Assembly: GCA_963807635.1 (NCBI GenBank)
Contig: CAWEDJ010000009.1
Location: 1-61,308, forward strand
Source: an uncultured cyanobacterium
Lineage (GTDB): Bacteria > Cyanobacteriota > Cyanobacteriia > Cyanobacteriales > Microcystaceae
Reading direction: 5' to 3'
DNA: 61,308 nt
Part shown: positions 54,871 through 61,308 of the stretch, in pieces
Numbering within the stretch: the first letter of the stretch is position 1
How the letters are laid out: every line of letters starts with the position of its first letter
Position numbers and translations under genes: made by a program
The notes under the pieces: model-generated
What the model was told of the DNA's origin: nothing
The model's input: only the letters and a program-made list of their open reading frames with translations
Database searches by the model: none

Positions 54871-54887
54871 TGTTAAAGAGTTGTAAC
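54871..54887. promoter_or_regulatory. HLR1 (RpaB) site upstream of psaM
   Basis: Reverse complement reads GTTACA-ACTCT-TTAACA, a direct repeat with 11-bp period. Confidence 0.6.
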
Positions 54888-54962
54888 AAGAGGCTTCCGA
54901 AAGGGTCGTTAATATTGCAAAGTGTTGTTAAACTGTCTCTATTTTCAAGGAGTTAAGCGATT

Positions 54963-55058
54963 ATGCCATTGTCTGATACCCAAATCTTAGTAGCATTAGT
55001 AATTGCCCTATTACCAGCAGTTCTAGCTTTCCGACTTTCGACGGAACTTTATAAGTAA
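54963..55058 (+). CDS. psaM: Photosystem I subunit XII (not in the ORF track)
   Basis: MPLSDTQILVALVIALLPAVLAFRLSTELYK; AAGGAG RBS. Confidence 0.97.
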   Translation: MPLSDTQILVALVIALLPAVLAFRLSTELYK

Positions 55059-55085
55059 GAATTCGTCTACACTGGATAGCTTTCC

Positions 55086-55109
55086 GTAGGGCGTAGTTTT
55101 TGCGCCCTA
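55086..55109. repeat. GTAG-type REP-like palindrome
   Basis: GTAGGGCGTAGTTTTTGCGCCCTA after the psaM stop. Confidence 0.7.
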
Positions 55110-55148
55110 TTGATTTTTTAAAAACTCTCTCAGCTATTCTCACGAATT

Positions 55149-55523
55149 ATGACTGCCCGCTCTTTTGATCCCATCGATTCCCCCTCTCCTCTGAAATCTA
55201 AGCGTCGTCGCAGTCGTCCTAGACAGGCGATTCAGCCCGAACATCGTTGGTTATTTGCTGAAATTGTTTTAAAGCTAGGACTGAATGGAATCTTAGCGGT
55301 GGGGGCGATCGCGACTCTCGCTCGTTTGTTACCCTATCAGCAAGTGCAACAAATTAAGCTCCAGGAAGTCAGAATGCAAGTGGAGGAGACCGAAAGACGA
55401 GTTAACGAAATCCGCAACAATTTCAACCGAAACTTTGATCCCCATCAATCCCGTAAGGTGATGGAAGAATTAAGTCCCCGTCTTGACCCGAATCAGCGCA
55501 ATATTTTTCTGACGAACCCCTAA
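55149..55523 (+). CDS. Bitopic coiled-coil protein, FtsL/DivIC-like topology (putative cell division)
   Basis: Basic N-terminus, one TM segment, then coiled coil ending F.RNFDP. Confidence 0.65.
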   Translation: MTARSFDPIDSPSPLKSKRRRSRPRQAIQPEHRWLFAEIVLKLGLNGILAVGAIATLARLLPYQQVQQIKLQEVRMQVEETERRVNEIRNNFNRNFDPHQSRKVMEELSPRLDPNQRNIFLTNP

Positions 55524-55567
55524 GGCCAAGTTCTTGTGTAGAAATTTGATAAAAATCAAAATTAATC

Positions 55568-56701
55568 CTATCTTCCCAGGGTTAATTCTTCTTTTTTGCC
55601 TAAAATTCCCTGGGGTCGCCAAACCATTAAAACCATTAAAATAAAGCCGATGACCATGATACGAAATGCTCCTGCTTGACTTTGATCAAACCAACCTAGT
55701 TGGGGCAATAGGTAACGGGTGAGGGAATCGTAGCCCCAAAAAATAACCGCTCCCAGAATAGTCCCCGCATTACTCCCTGAGCCACCCACGACGACAATAA
55801 TCCAGGCATTAAAAGTCAGTAGGGAATCAAAGATATTGTCAGGGTAAATAGTGGTCAGTTGCCAGGCAAAAAAGGCTCCAGCAATACCCGCGATCGCGCC
55901 CCCCAACATAAACGACTGGAGTTTATACCAAAAAACATTTTTTCCCAAAGCTCTAGGAATTTCTTCGTCTTCTCGGATGGCTTTGAGAATCCGTCCCCAG
56001 GGGGAATTAACCAACAGTTCTAAAGCGACATAAATCAGGGTCAAACAGACTAGGGTGAGTAACATTAAGCCCGCTTTATAGGTGTAGTTATAAAGGGAAA
56101 TTACCCCTGGAATATAGGCAAATAAAATTAATCCTGTGGCAATAATTCCCCAAATGATTAAGGCGATCGGTTTACGGGGTTGGACACTTTTTCTTTGAAT
56201 CGATTGATTATCTTTAAATTGACGGGAAAGACTCTGCCAGAGTAACCATTCTGCATAAACGGCAATAAAGGTCAGTAAAGCAATAAAAATAATTTTAATG
56301 ACTAAATTGGGTTCAAAATCAAAGGGAATTGGATAACTCCGCACCCCAAACGTTCCTTTCGTCAACCATTCTTCATTTTTTGCGATTAATCGTAATAATT
56401 CGGCAACGCCAATGGTAACGATCGCCAAATAATCTTCTCGCAGTCGTAGGGTAGAGGTTCCAATCAGAAGTCCTAATAAGGCAGACAACCCCATTCCAAC
56501 TAAAACCGAGAGAATCATCGGTACGCCTTGCAGGGTTAATAGGGCGGTTGAATAGGCTCCCAGGGCCATAAAAGCGACGTGACCGAAGTTAATTAAGCCC
56601 GTAAAACCCCATTGCAAATTGAGTCCGAGGCCAAAAATGGCATAAATGGCGGCGGATGTGATTAAAAAGATTAAATAACCGCTACTAGCGAAAAAATCCA
56701 T
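55568..56701 (-). CDS. natC: Neutral/branched-chain amino acid ABC permease (LivM-type)
   Basis: GLNLQWGFTGLINFGH, LRLREDYLAIVTIG, SPWGRILKAIREDE, WRPQGILG. Confidence 0.85.
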   Translation of the reverse strand: MDFFASSGYLIFLITSAAIYAIFGLGLNLQWGFTGLINFGHVAFMALGAYSTALLTLQGVPMILSVLVGMGLSALLGLLIGTSTLRLREDYLAIVTIGVAELLRLIAKNEEWLTKGTFGVRSYPIPFDFEPNLVIKIIFIALLTFIAVYAEWLLWQSLSRQFKDNQSIQRKSVQPRKPIALIIWGIIATGLILFAYIPGVISLYNYTYKAGLMLLTLVCLTLIYVALELLVNSPWGRILKAIREDEEIPRALGKNVFWYKLQSFMLGGAIAGIAGAFFAWQLTTIYPDNIFDSLLTFNAWIIVVVGGSGSNAGTILGAVIFWGYDSLTRYLLPQLGWFDQSQAGAFRIMVIGFILMVLMVWRPQGILGKKEELTLGR

Positions 56702-56725
56702 AAAAATTTCTTTATCTTTAGATCA

Positions 56726-57061
56726 TTAAATATTTAACATTTCTTGTAACTGGAGAGCAGGATTTAAGATGTTAATGTCAACATTGGTTGTCACATTTTC
56801 TTCTCCTTCTTCACATTCATAAACTACATACGTCCAAATACCAGGACTCCCACCATCAACCACTTCTGATTCATAAAAAGTAATGGTTGAATCGTCTTCA
56901 CACTCATAGTAAGCAGAAAAAATATCATCCCAATCGCAATCAGAATTATTCAGAACGTCTTGAATAGAAGCCAACACGCCTGACAAATGATGGGGTTGGG
57001 TTTCTACTTGGAATAATCGCTCACCCTCCCACTCAAAGTTATGTAGCTCCAGCATGATCAA
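56726..57061 (-). CDS. Highly acidic hypothetical protein
   Basis: 111 aa; GGAGG RBS; 24 Asp/Glu versus 1 Arg and 0 Lys. Confidence 0.75.
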   Translation of the reverse strand: MIMLELHNFEWEGERLFQVETQPHHLSGVLASIQDVLNNSDCDWDDIFSAYYECEDDSTITFYESEVVDGGSPGIWTYVVYECEEGEENVTTNVDINILNPALQLQEMLNI

Positions 57062-57194
57062 TCCTCCATTATGAAGTTAAAAATTTTCTAAATTTTATCC
57101 TAGTTTATTCTATTTTTTAAATAAAACTTGGTATAGTCTGGGTACTCAATTAATATTTTTCTATTACTTTTATATATATCAAGAGCTTAGATTG

Positions 57195-57260
57195 TTAAAA
57201 ATCTCGTAACAAGGGGCTTAAGCCCCTTGCCTGTATGTATTTTAGATAATGAACATCTTA
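57195..57260 (+). mobile_element. MITE-like element, family A, partial copy
   Basis: AACAAGGGGCTTAAGCCCCTTGCCTGTATGTATTTTAGATAATGAACATCTTA matches the right half of 7699-7801. Confidence 0.7.
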
Positions 57261-57325
57261 AGATCTCGGTGCCATTTCAAGGAAAATTGACTTGTGCCTT
57301 TTAGACATTTATCAAACAGGTCTCT

Positions 57326-57875
57326 TTAAACTGTTAAAATGTCTTTCTCCTTAGATGCTAATAACTCCTCAATTTTTTTGATAGAGGAATCAGTCAGTTT
57401 TTGAATACTATCTTGAAGGTCTTTAGATTCATCTTCAGGAATATCATGATTTTTTTCCTGTTTGCGAATCGCGTCAATTCCATCTCGACGAATATTGCGG
57501 ATAGCAACTTTTCCTTCTTCTGCTAATTTACTAGCAATTTTTACCAATTCCTTACGGCGATCGCTGGTTAATTGGGGAATATTCAGACGAATAATTTGTC
57601 CATCATTATTGGGCGTTAACCCGATATCCGAAAGGGAAATCGCCTTTTCGATTTGGGCCATACTGCCCTTATCGTAGGGTTGAATGGTGATGGTACTCGC
57701 ATCGGGCGTACTAATATTCGCGAGGGATTTTAACGGGGTTTCCGTCCCATAATAATCTACCGTAATTCGGTCTAAGAGGGAAGAATTGGCCCTCCCCCGT
57801 GCGAATCGTATTGAATGACCTTTGGGTGGCCTCAATACTTTTTTCCATGTGGTCTTTAATTTCAGCTAACTTCAC
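57326..57875 (-). CDS. frr: Ribosome recycling factor; one extra G in a G run ~57795
   Basis: GTG at 57875 gives [20 protein letters not shown], then [25 protein letters not shown]. Confidence 0.93.
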
Positions 57876-58584
57876 AGGAACCTCCTACAATCGTTCCCAC
57901 AGGTTCACCCTTGATGGCTCGGACGATATTGCCCGAAACCGACAGGTCGAACACCATGATTGGAATATTATTATCTTTACATAATGCGATCGCCGTACTG
58001 TCCATTACTTTCAAATCTTTTGCCAGAACATGACTATAGGTAAGGGAATTGTAACGACGAGCATCGGGATTAACGGCGGGATCTTGATCGTAAACTCCAT
58101 CGACTTTGGTCGCTTTGAAAACCACTTCCGCATCAATTTCCGCCGCTCGCAGGGCCGCCGTTGTGTCAGTGGTAAAAAAGGGATTACCCGAACCCGCCCC
58201 AAAAATAACGACCCGCCCTTTTTCTAGGTGACGGATCGCTCGGCGACGAATATAGGGTTCAGCGACCTCCTGCATGGCGATCGCCGTCAGTACACGGGTG
58301 GGAATCTCGATTTGTTCGAGGGCATCCTGCAAGGTCATGGCATTCATCACCGTTGCAATCATTCCAATATAGTCTGCCGTCGCCCGATCCATTCCTGCGG
58401 CAGAGGCCTTCACGCCCCGAAAAATATTGCCTCCCCCCACAACAACTGCCAATTGAACACCTTGATTGATGACCTCAGCAATTTCCTGGGCGATGTCAGC
58501 AACGACTTTGGGATCGATTCCGTAACCCAAGTCTCCCATCAAAGCTTCTCCGCTTAACTTGAGTAATACTCGGTGGTATGTCAT
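57862..58584 (-). CDS. pyrH: UMP kinase
   Basis: [34 protein letters not shown]; overlaps the frr start. Confidence 0.97.
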   Translation of the reverse strand: MTYHRVLLKLSGEALMGDLGYGIDPKVVADIAQEIAEVINQGVQLAVVVGGGNIFRGVKASAAGMDRATADYIGMIATVMNAMTLQDALEQIEIPTRVLTAIAMQEVAEPYIRRRAIRHLEKGRVVIFGAGSGNPFFTTDTTAALRAAEIDAEVVFKATKVDGVYDQDPAVNPDARRYNSLTYSHVLAKDLKVMDSTAIALCKDNNIPIMVFDLSVSGNIVRAIKGEPVGTIVGGSCEVS

Positions 58585-58866
58585 GGCTGCCAATTTTATT
58601 GGATAAAGTAAAAAGAATTTTGTCTCACCACACAATAGCATCCAGGGTTATCTAGGGCAAATTTTTTAAAATTAATTTTTTCATGAATCTCTTTAGTTTC
58701 AGGTGCTTCAAGCAACCTCATCGAAGTTTTGCACTCAAACGGGATAATTTTGACGACAGAAAGCGTTTATCCCTAAAGAGCCAATATTTTATTCTGCAAA
58801 CATCGTAGGTCTGTTTACAATAAGAGTAAATCAGCATCTATGTTTTTGATAGGAGTGAAAGAATTA

Positions 58867-59070
58867 ATGGCAGATCTGAAAGCACTTAAATCCCTCGCAA
58901 AGGAAAGATTTGGCAACATTTCAGGGGTGATCGGTTTCGGGATTGGTGATGCTTCGGTACGGATTTATGTTGACAACGAGGAAGTCAAAAAATCTCTGCC
59001 CAATGATATTGACGGGGTTCCCCTAGATTGCATTGTTACGGGTGAAATTCGTGCCTATGGGGAGGCTTGA
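58867..59070 (+). CDS. Small hypothetical protein (67 aa)
   Basis: AGGAG RBS; GVIGFGIG..VRIYV...LPNDIDGVPLD.IVTGEIRA. Confidence 0.7.
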   Translation: MADLKALKSLAKERFGNISGVIGFGIGDASVRIYVDNEEVKKSLPNDIDGVPLDCIVTGEIRAYGEA

Positions 59071-59903
59071 TCGGTTTTGAAAATGGAGCCATAACGGGGA
59101 AGCAGGCGATCGCAGAAAAATAGGGTTCCCGCCGCAACACACAGGGGAATAGTCACTAAATTTAGGAGAGGAATACTAATTAGAAATAGGCACGTATAGC
59201 CGAATCCTGCACTAGAAGGAAAACTTCTGGCAATTAAGCCTAATTTGTCTCGAAAGCCCAATCTCCGACGTTCTAAGGGTTGATCCCAAAAATCCAGGCA
59301 GGTTAAAATTGCAGTTAGGCTCAATCCCCCAATCGTTGCAATGAGGGTTCCAAGTCCTGGTAAAAAATTACATAAAAACAATGGTAAACCGATAAAAACT
59401 AAAAGAATAATTTTTTTTAATTCATAAAAAAGAGCGCGTTTAATTTCCGTCAAAAAATCAACTTCGACAATGGTTATTTTACCTAATTTGATAGATTCTA
59501 TTTTTTCTGATAATTTACTATACCAGGGCATTCCTAAAAGAAACCCAACTTGAGCTAAAATAAATCCTGTTAAAACTAAAAGAATAAGACCTAATAGCAA
59601 TTTAAAAAATTCTATTAAAAATATAAAGATAACATCTAAAGTTTGTAGCCAATTGGGTAAATTTTGAGCTATTTGATTTAACCACGCCATTCCCTTAATA
59701 GTCAAAATCTCAAAAAATTCTGCTTCCCAGCTTAGAAGTTGTAGATAGAAAAAAATTCCCAAGATTAGATTGAGTATTAAGGGAATAATAATATAAGACC
59801 AAAGGGAAGGATTTTGTTTGAAAAAAATTAATATCCGAAAAGGATAGCTGGCTCCTGTTAATAGTCCACAACCGCTTAAGGTGTGAAGAATCATTTTTTT
59901 CAT
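59055..59903 (-). CDS. EI24/CysZ-like membrane protein
   Basis: Multiple TM segments; PWYSKLSEKIE, LDFWD.PLERR, IPLLNL. Confidence 0.85.
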   Translation of the reverse strand: MKKMILHTLSGCGLLTGASYPFRILIFFKQNPSLWSYIIIPLILNLILGIFFYLQLLSWEAEFFEILTIKGMAWLNQIAQNLPNWLQTLDVIFIFLIEFFKLLLGLILLVLTGFILAQVGFLLGMPWYSKLSEKIESIKLGKITIVEVDFLTEIKRALFYELKKIILLVFIGLPLFLCNFLPGLGTLIATIGGLSLTAILTCLDFWDQPLERRRLGFRDKLGLIARSFPSSAGFGYTCLFLISIPLLNLVTIPLCVAAGTLFFCDRLLPRYGSIFKTDQASP

Positions 59904-60060
59904 TTTTAATTTTAGATGAGTTAAGTTGATAATGAATAATTTTAAATGGATTAATATTTACTCTACAAATGTTACTCTTGCATTATAATCATTGATAAAA
60001 TTACGTTGGTCTTGGCTTTTTATTCTCTTTAACAAAAATTCTCATTAATTTTAATACTTT

Positions 60061-60874
60061 ATGGAATGGTTTTTAATTGCACTTACGGGTTTACTCACGG
60101 CAATCACCCCCGTTGGTCTGGTCGTTGACCATGTTATTGCTAATAATATTCGCGATCGCGTTAAAAGTGTGGAGGAATTGTCTGTCCGAGTCGATAATGC
60201 TCCGAGTTATCAACTCGTTCAGGGCAAAGTCAATCGGGTGAGAATTGCGAGTCGGGGAATAGAGCCGATTGATCATGTCCGCATTGATACCCTGGATATT
60301 GAAACTGACCCTATTGATATTAAAACCAATGATTTAAAACTGGGTAATTTAGAACAGGTTCGGAGTTCCCTGCGATCGCCGTTACAGGGAGCCTTTCATT
60401 TAATTATCACAGAAGATGATATTAATAAAGCTTTAGCAGAACCACAAATTAAGTCCCAAATCCAAGCCCTATTGGGTAAATTATTACCTGCGGATATTCC
60501 GACGCTAGAATTTATGAGTGCTAAAGTGACTCTCAAAGAAGCCAATCGCGCTCAGGTTGAGATGCAATTAGCAACAAAAAGTCGATGAGTCCGAACCTCC
60601 TGAAAAATTAGAAATTACCATTGAAACGGGCGTTAAGGTGATAGAAGGGCGATCACTAGAATTAATTGATCCGATAGCAAGCTTAAATGGACGCAAGATT
60701 TCTCAACGAATTTTGCAAGGCGTTCTGGGCAGTATCAGCGATCGCTTAACCCTTAAAAGATTGGAAAAATACGGAATCATTGCCAGGGTTTTGGAATTGC
60801 AATTCGATGATAAAGAAGTTGATGTGGCGGCATTTGTTCGTTTAAATCCTTTAGAGCCTAATTCGTCTAAATAA
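60061..60874 (+). CDS. DUF2993 (LmeA-like lipid-binding) protein; frameshift ~60570
   Basis: VRVDNAPSYQLVQGKV.RVRIA, ITEDDIN.AL; continues in ORF 60638-60874. Confidence 0.78.
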
Positions 60875-60986
60875 ATTTATTTTTTCGAGAAAAACTCAGT
60901 TTAGTGTGTTAAAAATGTTGGAGAGCGAATTTTTATTTCAGAGTTATAATAATAAAATTAGCTTACTTTGTAAACTCAAATTAACC

Positions 60987-61271
60987 ATGACTGACGAAGA
61001 ATTGAAAAATCTTATTGCGTCCAATGCCAAGGCAATAGAAGCACTTACCCATGCCCTAACTCAAGAACGGGAAGAACGCCAGAAAAAAGAAATAGCTTGG
61101 GAAAAGGACAGAAAAGGAGTATATGAGCTACTAGGACGAGTCGCCCGTGGCCAATCTGATTTTTATGCAACCCAATCGGATTTTTATCATCGCTTTGACC
61201 AAATTGATGAACGTCAAGCAAAAATTACTGAAATTTTGAACCGTTATCTTCCGCCTGAGTCATTGTCGTAA
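60987..61271 (+). CDS. Small coiled-coil hypothetical protein
   Basis: MTDEELKNLIASNAKAIEAL...; QSDFY repeated at 7-aa spacing. Confidence 0.7.
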   Translation: MTDEELKNLIASNAKAIEALTHALTQEREERQKKEIAWEKDRKGVYELLGRVARGQSDFYATQSDFYHRFDQIDERQAKITEILNRYLPPESLS

Positions 61272-61308
61272 AAGTTTGTAAGGTAGTCGAAAGCGATCGC
61301 ATTTTTAA

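Overview
Chromosomal window from a unicellular cyanobacterium. Evidence: dozens of HIP1 GCGATCGC octamers, psbI, psaM, nrtABCD and labA. A Synechocystis/Snowella/Microcystis-like lineage is my inference. Most of the window is housekeeping: nrtABCD, sseA, labA, a DUF3769 protein, glnN, ppk2, a CGATCG-type C5 methyltransferase, crtE, an OmpR regulator, an RqcH/NFACT protein, purE, ssb, a GT4-sugar transferase-gmd-fcl cluster, recQ, a GAF histidine kinase, rnd, rsmE, tRNA-Glu(UUC), serS, murJ, an aspartate aminotransferase, gltA, sixA, an SPFH protein, natC, frr and pyrH. About 15 genes, including normally essential frr and crtE, are broken by single-base indels. These cluster at homopolymers and GATC/CGATCG/GGCC motifs, so I read them as long-read consensus errors rather than pseudogenes. 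Accessory content: two abutting IS elements at the left edge, an IS256 remnant, three MITE-like families and a GTAG-REP family. Most interesting candidates: (1) a HipA-like kinase + DUF3037 module next to serS; (2) a soluble CBS/coiled-coil/MCP-like protein behind a four-unit Pho-box-like array; (3) a translationally coupled two-gene TA-like module; (4) an unannotated ~100-nt sRNA with an anti-SD motif; (5) a Yfr1 target site; (6) a canonical NtcB+NtcA promoter. All family assignments come from motif recognition, not database searches.
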